Origin: Tubiluchus corallicola
Lineage: Eukaryota > Animalia > Priapulida
DNA: 64,000 nt
Assembly (NCBI GenBank): GCA_030141605.1
Contig: JAQGDQ010000208.1
Span: 124,001 to 188,000, forward strand
Direction of reading: 5' to 3'
Numbering within the stretch: the stretch's first letter is position 1; every line of letters starts with the position of its first letter. Below the pieces are notes generated by a model. That model saw nothing but the letters and a program-made list of their open reading frames with translations, was not told the DNA's origin and ran no database searches. Position numbers and translations under genes: made by a program. Below are positions 29,001 to 40,700 of the stretch, in pieces.

Positions 29001-32000
29001 CGGATGTTCACCGGAGGACTTGGAATTATATCATAGCCTTCTTCCCAGCAACTAATTATGTCTGTAAATTGTTCGTAACATTCTAAGACTGGTGTAACAT
29101 TCAAGAGGCTACAGTAAGGTAAGCATTGATCGAGGATTTGCCTCCTCCTGCAACAGTCTGAATGGTTTCTCTGATCTGTGTAGCATCTAAGAGCTGTTTC
29201 AAAATAGTCTACTGTACAGTCAATAACTTCTTTTTTTGCTACCGGATCTTTGGGCACGGCAGTGAGGTTGCAAAGTTTCGACTGGCATTCTAATGTTACA
29301 CCTTGGCTAGCACAGCAACCAATCACGTCAGGTCTATTTGAACTTGAACCGTTTGAGAAATGGAAATTCGCCGAGACTATTATACAAAAAATTAATCTCA
29401 ATGAAAACAAACCGATTTTATTGGAAAGCGAAGTAATTTTTCCGTTTTTCTTGACTGTCATCTTCGTTAAATTTCTGGAATGGCTCCTCTGGCTCTAAAA
29501 TAATTTGCGGATTGCTTTTTCCACCTAAAAAGATTATGACGCGTTAATGTCGCTAACTAATTAGACTGAAGCACCAAATAAGAATCTTAAAAACCACAGA
29601 AAATGTCATTACAACGTCAGTCAATCAAGCTTCTTTGTAAAATCAAGATCAAAATCAATCTTAGTTTTTTGTGTTTGTTGCAGTCTACGGTAATGCAGCT
29701 TAACCTTAGACATTATTTGGTAAATTATGAGTTGCGTAAATGGGACGATGACATCAATGATAATGATTTTGACATATACTAGTCATAATGACGATGATGG
29801 TGATGACAGCGGCGATGGTAACGATAGTGAGGATGATAACTGCAATGACTGTAGTTAATAATTAATCTCATTAATAGCAGGACGTACTAAGGGAGGCACT
29901 AAATTAAATTAAGTGAATAAATGAAGCAAATAATTAAATAGAAATAAAGAAATTAAAACAAATTAAAAAACTTCTTGCATTAGACTTACCAGTTTCTTTA
30001 ATGTATTCTGCGTTATTCAGTTAACATGACCTTACGTAATCCACGAGGACACAAGCTGCTATTCCTACACTCTCTGTTATAATTTATTAATCATGTGAAA
30101 CCATTCTACTGCGAAAAAGCGGATACTCAAAGCGATACTTCTCTTTTTCAGATCCGTGCGTAGAAAAATCTGTACTAGGAAACACCGTTTACGGTTGCTT
30201 CGGTAACCATACAATCTGTGAAAACTTATCCAACGAGAGGGCACCGCAGGTTATGTGCATCTGCAAAAGCGGTTACTACAAACAACGCGTTTACGATGAA
30301 CACTGCATCGGTAATTTACTGAACTAAGTGAAAGTAGGGCGTATGCTTTTTGCTTGCGAAATTGCACTTCAGGGGTCCCTATAGCTGAATAGTGTTGTGT
30401 TATGTATCAGTAAACATGTCTGAATTTTTTATTTTTTATATAGATCGCCCCTAACAAAGCAAGTGACCATTCGAGGTAAGGGCTATAAGGGCTACAGTAA
30501 AAAGGGGAAATTAATACAGACCCAGAAAAATAGAATTCTTACAGTTGCTCGAAGGGCGTTTTAATTTTTTGTGGGGCACTGATTAAAATTAGCGAATGTA
30601 ACATGAATGCTAATGCCAATAGCTTTGAAACTCATGTTAAAAAGAAGCACAAAACGTGACTAACAGTAGAATAAAGCCATAGTTATTGAATTTTGAAACT
30701 ACAGTGCAACTTGTCCGAAAAGAAGGAAATTGGAAAGTCATGACTAAGCCTGGACTGAACCAAGGACCTTTCTGTATTACATATAACTAATCCTTACTAA
30801 TAATTAGTATAGGCGACTCTAATGCCTGGTGTGGTACTGTGCTAATATTTAATGCTAATAATAATGCATAAAACAAGGTGAGGTCAAACAACCTGCAAAG
30901 ACTGTGTTATAAAATGTGTAATGATACTATACCCTTTTTGTCGAACTTGTCTTAGGTAATTAGCTAGTGAAAAGGTAATTAGCTAGTGAAAAGGTAATTA
31001 GCTAAAGGAGTATTAGATTTTAAATAGCGTACATTCTAGACTCTAGAAAGGTCTTGTCATTTGTACGTTATATGTGGGACACGAGGTTAGCAAGACAATT
31101 AGGTTTTGTACACATTTGTCACACATAGGGCACACAATGCCATAACATCACGCGTTGTAAAACAGAAAACAAAATGACAACTTTTACGAGATGTTGTGCC
31201 AAATAAACGCTTGCAAAAACTTCAAAGAGCCTGTCCAGCGTGTTGTCATAGTTCTGCATACCTACTAAGTAATAAGTGCCTTGCACAAGTGGCATGTTTG
31301 GGACAAACGCGCTATGTAGCTTACCGTGTAAAAAAATCACAGCTAAAATGGATTTGAGTCGTAATGAACCACCCTAATATAGCAACTCCCTACGATGGCT
31401 CTGTAAATCAATGTAAGGTTTTTTCTTGCGTTTTTTTAATTCCTACCAGTCAAAATATTGAGCTTCGCTGCATTATTGGCACTTGTTTCTATAGACATTG
31501 CAAAAATCTCTGTCAGTATGCAAGTCATTTACCCATTTCTCACGAAGAGCCAACACGCATTTTCTTTTGACTCCCGAATGCAATTATTCCTGAAAACGTG
31601 GCTAACGAACGTTTTCCTTGTTTTTTTGTTGCTGTTGTTGTCGTTTTAGACTTTTAGTTACTAGTATAAATGCCAATCTATTCTGTTTCAGCAATACCTG
31701 TTACACCGCCACCAACAGACGCTCCAGTTGTGAGCGTGGTCAAGACAGCAGTACGCGTAGTGGAAATAGGAGGAAGTACATTCCTGATGTTAATGCTGGT
31801 AGCATCGCTTTCTCTCTTTCTCTCAATTTGGTAATTTGATTCTTCGACAAATTATCTTTCTTTTTATGCCGTCTCCTAAACACGTTTTCCACATGCTTTT
31901 ATAAAACTACACTTTTCTCCTCACATCTGTATATGGCCTTACGTGTTTAATTCATACTGCATATATTTTATACATCTTTTTACACGTTTTCCCAAACATC

Positions 32001-35000
32001 TGTATAATTATTACCTTTACGTGTTTCACACTGCTCTGTACTCAGACGTTTTTTCTGGTGAGACAAATATTTTCCAAATATTGGTTGTTCTCTTTCTAGC
32101 TGATGTTGACATTTGACTTTAAGGCTACTCTACTTGTGGTAATTGCAGACTCCAAATGATCTCAACCTTTGACTTCAAAGCTACTTGAGTGGCCGGACTC
32201 ATTGTTCCCTCTTTAAACGACCTTGACATTTGACTGCTACTCCTGTTGGGTTTTGGCAAATTTGATTTTTTTATTTAAGTGTATTTTGTATATTACAGTC
32301 ATACATAAACTAATCTTCATTACGGTTAGGCATTTAAAATTTGCTAACACAGTAATGTTGACAACATTTTTCTTTCTTCTATGCTTACTTTGTTACTTTT
32401 TTTCTATTATTCCTATTCATTCCCACACATTTTTCATTGTATTGCAACTGCACAACTTGATAATGACCGTTACATTTTCTTACTGGTCTGGAACCAGTAA
32501 CATACTTTTACAAATTGCAGTGTTCATCGTAAACCGTTTCTCATGGTTAACTTTGTTGTTTATAAAGGAACTTTTCACCGCACAGAGTAATACACATGCA
32601 GGTTGAGCTAGCCCTCGTCTTTGCCCATTTACTCATCTTCATTGGTGTGCAAAAGACAGAAGACCAGGTAAACGCAATCTCCTTTTTTCTTCATTAAAAT
32701 GCTATTTGGTCTACAAGCGAACAATACTACAAAATCTACCACTCTTCCAATGATTGTAATATCACACGTGTCTTAATCTGATTGTTCAGTAGCTGAACAG
32801 CAAAAATTGATAGCGCCAGCAGTTTTTAAACAGCATCATCGTTATTACTCTCATCGTGTTTTTCTCGCAGAATTTGTGTCGAGTGATGTCCATCTCGCTG
32901 CACTACTTCTTTACGGCTTCGTTTGTCTTCATGTTCTTGGAGAGCCTGCACATCTATGTCCTCATGGCACAGGTGGTACCAAAGAATGGAGTATTAACAC
33001 GGTTACAGAACACACTTGTTGGCTGGGGTAGGCTTAGTTGTATATCTATTACTGGTACATCCACAACAAAAGATACTTATCTTTTTAGTTTATGGAGCTC
33101 TTGCCAGCATATATTATATCTCTGCAGGCAAAAGCAGAAAGGCAACAAACACAGATATACAATAAACTCATTGTGTTGTCTTGGTCTGGCAGTATTAAAC
33201 TCTAAACAAAACACCATACAACGACCGTTACACATCTCGCATTACCATTATGTACAGTACCTCGCAAATATTAGTAATAAATTTTTGGAAAGAATAAAGT
33301 TATAATTGTTTTTAGCCATCCCTGGACTCATAATCATACCAACTGCTGCTGTGTTATATGAAGACTATGGTGCAGAAACTCAGTAAGTATTTGTCAAACA
33401 ACTCTGTTCTACACAGTTAACTCAAATCAAAGTAATAGGCGATTATAAGCCTAGTAGTGCGGCAAATAGAAATAAGTTCCACGTGCCCTAAACGTTACCA
33501 GTAATTCTTAAGCCCAATGTGAAATTCGCAAACAAGGCTATTCTAAGTGCAGAAGAAATAAAAAATATAAGTGGAAAAAACAGTGCGTATTGACCAAAGT
33601 AAGAAATTCTAAAGGAAGAAACGAAAAATGCGATGCTAACAAGAAAACAATGGTGTAGAAAAAACCGAGTAAATGTTCAAACAGAATGATGTGGCAGAGA
33701 AAACAGTAAGATACGAAAAACCAGTGATATGTGAAGAAACAGTAAGCAAGAGCACAATGTTGCTGTGAAAATAGTAAACGTATAGGAAAAGAGTACAGTG
33801 GTGGTTCGAGGCAAGATAGCTTATACAATGATCCAAACAAAGCTAGTAGCTATTCAAGACAAAGAATTGCATGCAAAGGAAATTAGAATACCGAATTTCG
33901 ATGCACGTACAGCAAAATGTAATTCTTATTTGGTTTATGATGGGAGGCATATGTTAACGTCCTTTTAGAGCCAGTGAAATCGTTTTTGACAGGGTCACAA
34001 TTTTCTATTAAAGAATTACATAAGTACGAAACCCAAGCAAAACACTGGATTTATAAGCAGCCGTCTTCTTACCTCCAGAAGCGCAATAAATCATCGCCAT
34101 TACAGGCTTAGCGATTGTGAAAGAAATGCACACAAAGTACACGTATTGTCTTAACCGAGTAACTTCACAGCTTATGGGTTTCTATAATGACATTTATTAT
34201 GACGTTTCTTTGACAGTTGTTGGTTAAAGCTGGATTCATCTATAATGCTCACACAAATTGCTCCTAATGGAGTGTTCTCGGTGCTGGCCATGATCATGTT
34301 TGAAAGCGCCGGTACAGTAAAATTTCCAAAGTTAAAAAATCTTGATCGGCGACAGTTTTTAAGTGCAGAGTAAGTAAACTTTAGGCGTATTACAGTGAAA
34401 CCTCTTTATACCCCACCTACTTTGGGACGCAAAAACAAATTTGGCGTTATAGTGAATTTGGCATTATAACAAGGTACATTAATACATACACGTCTATGCA
34501 GAAGTAGCTGTATTTTGCCTTTTTTTAAATTTGAACGTTAAGCGAGGCTGGCATTATAAATGGGGCGTTACAACGAGGTTTGACTGTACATTATTTTATA
34601 AAATCAAGCCTCGGAGCTACTAACCCTCAATAGGGTGTGTACATCTCTATTTATACAATTGTGTGCCATTTGGCAGTTGACACTCTGCAAGCGGGGAATC
34701 CAGGATTAACTGACAGGGCTCACTCAGTTTAGAGATTCTTGGCGAGACCAGGACCGGATTCATTATCAAGGACAACCCTCTAAGATCAGCCACTGCACCA
34801 GAAGCGATATCTCAGCTACGTTCGATGTGTATCCATCCTTCCTTCGTGAGATAAACGACCAGAATCAGCACTGCTAATACACTAGCCTTTAGCTGAGAGT
34901 ATTTTTTTACGCAAATGCAGCAAAATGAGACAGTGTGTCTGTTCATCGCACTTATAAGGCGTCTGAAACACGAACGTTTTTCTTTCGTTAAAATTGTGAA

Positions 35001-36619
35001 ATTTGACATTCCTCACTTGCTACTGGTTTTGTTCTGTATATCATTTACATGTTGGCATTAAAGTTTGTTACGACATTTAGAAGTCTGAGTGAATTTAGAA
35101 AAAGATATTTTCTTTTTCGCTCTTTTTATAAGAGAATGAATTTAGATACTTCAACTCAAGTTAGTTGAATACTAATTTTAGTAGGTCTAGAGTGAGCATC
35201 ACCTAAACGATGCTAGTGATGATGTACAGTGTATTATGCATAGGGACAGGGTGGAAATAGGTATTGGAAAGGATGAATTATAAGTAGTACCTTTTTAAAG
35301 TTTCGAGGTACAAAAAGTGTACATCGCAAGATCAACATAAAAAATACGAGTTGATTTATTATTTTCTGAAAATCAGAATAAACCAGAAATCAAACATGGT
35401 CATTCTACCCATGATGATGCTTGGCTGGATGCTTGGAGTGCTTGGTTATGACCAACACAGTTACCCATTGTATTCCCTGTTCGGACTGGTCAGCACGGTT
35501 ATGGGATGGCTCATGTTTAGTTCGCATGCACTTGGAAATGAACAGGTAATTTAATCAATTAATTACCATTTTCAGCTTGTGAATTATTACTTCTACTTCA
35601 AGGGTAGCTACTTCAAATACAGCTTTAGTACTAGCTTTTTCAGATTTCATTTTAACGTTTAAAAGGTTAAGAGTTCATTCTAGATGTGTTTTCGAAAGCC
35701 GAGATGACATTGATAGTATGTCATGCACACAAAAAATATATACACACATACATATATATAAGTATACAGTATATAAAATCTATAGAATTTTTAAAGATAG
35801 ATGGCTTAAGAGGTCAAGTAGATTATATAATAATGATAACAATAAGTAATAATATTTAAAAAAATACAATCTATTTCACCTCTTATAACAATAATAAATA
35901 ATACTTATTAAAATATAAATTGCTTCACCTCTTAAACTGACATATTTATTATTGATTTTCAATTTAATTATTCAATTATTGATTTTCAGCTGTGAAACTT
36001 TAATTTATTCTCTGATTTAGGTTAGGGCAATTTGCATCCACATTGGTTTCAAGATTCTAGATGCAGTGTGTCCAAAAGAGGTAAATTCATCCATTATCTA
36101 TGTATTTTAACAAAGTTACTACTTTGGACAAATTTATGAAAACACAAAAGGAAAATATTTTCGAAGTGAGACACTTCAATTTTCTTCATTGAAGTCAAAT
36201 TTTCTGTTAAAAGTGGCGCAGACATTCAAAATGAAGAATTGAAATCCTTAAAGTTTCGCCTTCTCTGCACAGTATTGATTTTTTATAATAAGAAATTATG
36301 CTTTTCTCATATTAGATAAATAAGCACCAAGAAGAGTCTAAGAAAGAAGTTTTGTAGTTCCTTCACGATTCCTTGTAATGTTCTCACTGTTTTAGACTAG
36401 TCTTTCCCCTATCTGGTACCAATACAAATTTGAAAAATAGAAAGCATGATTCTGTTTATAAATGCTGTTTGCTTGTTTTATATTTCAAATTTTATTTGGG
36501 ATTTTTAGGCTGAAAGGTTGCGTGAAAAGAGAAATAAAGTTGCACCGCAAGAGGCGTACATCGTGGTGGACGATCCAGACTGTGACAATGGCTACAAGGA
36601 TCTCAAAACCTTAATATAA
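20060..36619 (+). CDS. Receptor B: tandem paralogue of receptor A; signal peptide - TSP1 - TSP1 - EGF - 7TM adhesion-type GPCR without GAIN, about 521 aa
   Basis: 13 GT-AG exons, 1566 nt, open frame: 20060-20077 and 20418-20475 (MFRLYE/IITNFIIVISLSLETNSQT, signal-peptide-like, less certain), 21189-21383, 23404-23583 (TSP1 x2), 30152-30310 (EGF), 31692-31830, 32568-32667, 32871-33027, 33316-33382, 34217-34369, 35377-35545, 36021-36080, 36509-36619 (stop after KTLI). Exon phases match receptor A and sizes match to within one codon (195/180/159/139/100/157/67/153/169/60/111). Confidence 0.9.
20617..20807. mobile_element. MITE with long imperfect TIRs (PIF/Harbinger-like ends)
   Basis: The left end gcgcactcggactagatagtcttctct..gttctcgc matches the reverse complement of the right end, gggcgttcagactagagagttttctctcgagagttctcgc. 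Internal ctctcgagag-type subrepeats are present. Confidence 0.6.
21429..21965 (+). mobile_element. Dispersed repeat, copy 2 (same family as 15361-15860)
   Basis: Shares the same blocks as copy 1 in the same order. Confidence 0.7.
22870..23050 (+). mobile_element. Possible DINE-1/HINE-like fragment
   Basis: gtccgtctgtctgt microsatellite seed followed by gcacgctatttctcggagacc, a layout typical of DINE-1-like elements. Confidence 0.35.
24455..25871. mobile_element. Foldback-like element: arrays of a 17-18 bp unit in inverted orientation at the two ends
   Basis: (gacacataggtaatttg)-like units at about 24455-24740 and reverse-complement units (gtgtccaaatgacctat) at about 25690-25860. A further partial unit near 24020-24048 suggests the left arm was split by an insertion. 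Confidence 0.65.
26240..29461 (-). CDS. Intronless type I membrane protein with 3 DB (Cys-rich) module regions, 4 FN3 and 2 Ig domains (IGDB family-like), nested antisense in receptor B intron 23584-30151
   Basis: 1073-aa uninterrupted ORF. It has an N-terminal hydrophobic signal and repeated CC-x3-GV-x3-C..LC..NH..CC..C..C..I..C..EG units (DB-module pattern), each followed by FN3 (PSPPVN..LVWEKP..Y..L..Y.I...A.N..G.S.PS). Also Ig motifs (VTFVC, LQC..W..D..FGLYRC), TM IELIIGILLSVVVLLAAAAAAAYFC and a short tail with FENP. Confidence 0.93.
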   Translation of the reverse strand: MTVKKNGKITSLSNKIGLFSLRLIFCIIVSANFHFSNGSSSNRPDVIGCCASQGVTLECQSKLCNLTAVPKDPVAKKEVIDCTVDYFETALRCYTDQRNHSDCCRRRQILDQCLPYCSLLNVTPVLECYEQFTDIISCWEEGYDIIPSPPVNIRVHNQTSFSVVLVWEKPKQLGDTVTSYNLYIEQLPERLGGKPTVREYVSSPYLLKGLVASSKYNIYLIARNNRGKSLPSKGLVFKTKSVESSGFDTLAASSLADLLEINVTNDYMAHKSHNTTACCIRKEITDDCFYLCNHSVTAMDFRKASKKCLRKIDDLFECWADERNHVPCCERRNIPKRCAKICQGKMVRRISRKLCNKYSEQILQCLQEGLHTLPKHPGSLWVSNRNATSLTVQWHPPISSPGDIASYIISYEDVAKKVKQQVAVLANVTQYTFSNLKESNKYSFIIQTVNKYGSSLPSYEVIGRTLVADFQNHNTTLMPPKFVEMVFANFTSLKIAWVPPNKIFPDKYRLYYKPKESEGTTRKKETFSNGTILSIIEVPGNFTNYTIIGLKPNTMYRIFMTSVLNGKESAERSDLIFPRTTAATTLSASLVIKSLQAQPLKYSNDAVFIPEGALVTFVCTGLNLPKPNVTMAIGNRTLFTGGNIVNMTTIIRRQDHGKATCTASSDSFSNAITTTKIMVISGPKVKPVKSQILKKPGELTKLQCIVDSYPLPGNGAVKWEHQSKGASRNHLISKWETILEDKRKKFFIENTDELFQLKYTLEIDTLRDTEFGLYRCSLAVKENATTAAGLIYVYHADKMLGETVTNISSCCATKGVSESCMRVCDSGWINPNSLTPSVVNECLKKDNETNLEKMLLCGADGHNHEQCCAAKNMPEACLPLCRGVLPPDAIFCSLWISTIVTCMREGSWSLPGPPQNVYGELITSNSVKLHWSVPQKNSDTVKFYIIIYRVVGNNSFIRIHAKGMVLNTEIAYLTPDTNYEFMIEAANDIGTSLPSQPMFLKTPAGSNKLPTVKQHPYGRIELIIGILLSVVVLLAAAAAAAYFCRKKELSNSEIPAVKFENPRDEVTKTEVRP
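34393..34586. mobile_element. Tc1/mariner (pogo/Tigger-like) MITE
   Basis: TA|cagtgaaacctctttata ... tacaacgaggtttgactg|TA: TIRs with a TA target-site duplication. Confidence 0.8.
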
Positions 36620-37700
36620 CACCTGTAGTAATGTTAGTGTGTCTCTCTGTCAAGTGTGGATTCCAGTGCCTCAGAATAGAATGCTGACATAGAAAAAAAT
36701 TAAAGATACTATCAACACCACGTTATATACAGGATTATTATAGAAAGAAATTAAAGATACTACTATCACCACGAGATATAGAAGATTATTATTACTAAAA
36801 GTGTTAATTTGTCAGAATAATTGTTTATAGTTGTGCTGCACTTTGTTTTCTTAAAGTTGAAACCTGTCCTGCAATAGGAAGCCAACATTTAGAAAACATT
36901 GGAAGTTAAAAATGTTTTGTTTCCGCACAGTTATTCAGTTTATTAAGCAGAAGATTAAAGTTTATTTATTTGTTCTAATGACTATAATAGTAATCTTGGT
37001 GTAGCAACACAATAAGTGAGGCAAATACAGACGAGAATTATTTGAACAAACTGACAAAACAATATGGTAATCCAGGCAGGCAGTTTTAAATTAGGAAACT
37101 AAAAATGGAAAAAATAGCAGAGAAAAAAGAGTGATGAAGTAATTACTAGTATTCCTTTCTAGCACTTAAAAATGAAAACAAAAAGTGAAGGGAGTGAGAG
37201 AAACCGAAATATCACCATTTTGAGTGTAAACAATGAATGTAAAAAGTTCAGTTAACACGAAAGCTGACTTTTTGTAATGTCCAGGTGGATATACCTTAAA
37301 TTCAAAAGGCAGATTCAGGAAAACCCACTACTCCCATTTTATACTAAAGAAAAATGTTTACAAATCCAGAAATGACTGTAAACATCATAAATTCAAGCAA
37401 GATGTTTAAGGTCTTGTTTAGGTTAACATTTCTGTAATTAATCTTTATTCAATAAGAGCTGCAAACATACAAATTGACAAAAACTGATTGATTAAGAGAA
37501 GGCAGCACCAGGACTAACGTTTAATGTTTCAATTATAAGTGGTGGTACTAGACAAAACTTTTTGCAGTTGAAGACGAATACCTAACATGACAAAAGCTGC
37601 AGTTTAAACTTGACGTTGTCACGAAAGACTTCTCTTCAGTTTTCTGAAGATGCAACAAATGAATGCTCAAAGATAACAAATTAAGTTTCATAATGGCATT

Positions 37701-40700
37701 TCAGTCTTCTTGTATCTGCACACGCTTTCTGGTGCTAGAATGACTAGGGGACGATTGGGGCGTGCTGTGCGATCCTGTGGATACCTGAGCTACCCGCTTA
37801 TGAGGAGTGGCATGTGAAGACCTCCAACTAATACTTCTCTGAAAGATGGCATTTGATAGTTTGACAGTACCAGAGAACAACCTCAGAGGAAAATGACAAC
37901 TGTAACAAACAAAGTAAAACATTATTATTGCAGTAAAGCAACAGATGCATATAAATGGATCACATAAGGCCTTTTAATTAGACAGTATTCAATCTTCATG
38001 GTAATTTTTTCAAAAAATTCATCAATCGTACAAAAACATTTAAGATAAAGGCAAGAAACCTGCAATCAATCAATTTGCATGACACATAATTAAGTTGAAT
38101 TGATGTGTACATTAAGGACAAAGCAGGTTAAAATACTTGCTAATTTTACTAAGCCATGCTATATGTACTACTAGTGCAGGAACTAGGCTGTCATGAACAA
38201 CTAGTCAATCCAGAACTTGATGGCATGTCAAACAGTGCCAAAACAACCTTCATATATTTTATATAACAAGTGAAATATAAAATACAAACTTACTAAAGTT
38301 CATTTGGCTGCGGAGCCTCATTAGCACTGATTATAAAAAGAGGGAAGAGAATAGAGAAGACACAACCACTGCAAAAAAGAAAAATTATATAAGCTTTACA
38401 AGCACGGTACAGATACTTGAGTATCAACAAGCAGTGCATGTCTATACCTTAGCATTACCTTGAATAAAACACTGCAGACCTTACAAAATTAGTTCAATGC
38501 CAGTTATACGACATAGTAACACTGTGACACATTAGTTTGCATAGCATGGTTTAAAATATGGCTTAAAACTACAAATTACGAAACTGTAGATCATTAAGGA
38601 CTAGCTCAGTTTCTCAAATATTATACAAATTTTGAATAGTATAAGTTCACGGTGTGCATTACCATGGAAATTAACTAATGTACCTAACAACGTATGAAGA
38701 CGGTAAAGCAGTCAGCAATGCTAGTGGTAAACCAAAACCAAGATAATATGGCCAGTTAGTTTCGATGTGCGATATCCGCCGCTGTACTTCCCAACCTAAA
38801 TTGTAACAAACTCTAGTAACAGCAAACTGTACTGCAAGGTGAACTAAAATGAATATTCTATAAGCTCTTGATAGGTTTTGGAATTGAAAATATAGACTAG
38901 TTTTGTATACCTCACCAAAAACAAAGAAATTATACTTTTTCTGCTCACATTTATTAGGAGTTTACTGCGCATAGTTTAATCCGATAAACACTTACATTAG
39001 AAAATCTTCATTCTGATGAAAACAAAATCAATTTCGATTACACAGTAAAGTCACCTAAGCCTGTCATTTTTTCAAAATATTGTACAAGCATTAGTGCTTA
39101 TGTGAGAGAAAGAGAATGTTAACGTTTTTCTAATTCATAGTAACTCCTGTCGCATTACAGTCTTTTCACAAAACTGTGCTCTTTATCTGCATGCAAGCTG
39201 GCTTTAAATTCTCAAGTCATTGGCATTGCACCTACAGAAGATTCTGACTTAGACATCATTGACAAGTTCATATTCAAACCAATTTGTACTATGAAGTGCA
39301 AAATACAAACAATTTAAAAGATTTAATTTATGCGTGTAACCACCATCTAAAATTTTTTGAAAGCATAACATGATTAGAAATACGCCTAGTGACTAAACAA
39401 TCGACAATAAGCTAACCATTGACAACCTGTTAAACTGAAGACTCAAAAGTTTGTTCGTGCTGCTAGAATGTTCTTCGTGAATACTTTCTGTCAGTGGCGG
39501 AAAAATTGAAAAGAAAACTATAACTAAAACTTTTAATAGCGGACTAAACATATCCACTAAAATAGCCCATAATGCTATGTCTGTTTAACTCTTTGAATTT
39601 TGGTGGCAAGAAACAGACACAGAAAAAACGCAACACTTTCATATGGTCAAAGGTTTTGCATTGTTTGCAACAGTTACCACAGCTGCAATCTTATTAAAAA
39701 GTTCTAGTGCTAAAAGCGTGCGATGTAAGAATTATATAGATATTGTTCATACCATTATTAAACCATCTATATTCAAATGAATACTGGGCATATAAAAGAC
39801 AGAGGTGAATCAAAGATATCACTTCCCCAACAGCATGAATAGGTAACAAACTGATCAGCATAGCCTGAAAATAGGTAAGCAAACTAAGTCACTCTGCAAA
39901 AGGATCGCCGTAAAATGTATACAGACAAACATAAAGTACAACCAGATTATAAAACTAATGATACTAATCACTGATACCGAGAACTGCTCAAATATAGATA
40001 ACCAATTCACCTGATTTTGAACTTAATTATTTAGGGATGTGAATCCATTTGCTATACAAGAAAGATGTAGTAAAATGCAGAACGGGGTTGCAAACGAAGT
40101 TAGTCCATTGAAAGAAGTTCTTGAAACTAATTCCTCATTCAGTAATTTATTCAGAACTGAAACTACAGCAGTAAACTAAAAAAATACAAATCACTGAAAA
40201 TGGTACACAAACATTAATCAGAGGACAGATAGCAAAGCTGCATTAGTCAGTCGAGCTTTACATCTGAACTTTTAAAAGCAAGCTCATTTTGCCAGGTGTT
40301 CTAATTTTTTCTTCTTTCCACTGAAAATATATATACATTAGGCATAAGATAGAAGCTTAAAAATCAAAATCAGCAACATATGTAAAGTGACTACAAAAAA
40401 TTTTTCTTTGCATTGTTAGCTCATTTGCACAGTAATACTGCAAACTGGAGAAAAGTAAGACTAACAGAAATGATATAACAGTGTTTCTTATTTACCCATC
40501 GTGAAATGTATTAAAGCGTGCACAAAAAGCAAAAATGTATTAAGCACAACTACACTGAGATTACTATAGGGAGTTGGCCTCTTGTTATCTATGCACTTCT
40601 GTATGAAATTATGCATGATTTACAAAAAATGTTGCCATCATCATCATCATAACTACACTTTTTCAACTTCAGTCTTCTTTCAAATTTTTGTCAATTAATT

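Noticed and set aside
26582-29498. Several plus-strand ORFs overlapping the 1073-aa gene, as possible extra receptor B exons such as a hidden GAIN domain
   Set aside because: They are antisense shadows with no recognisable motifs, and they lie upstream of the EGF exon, the wrong position for GAIN.
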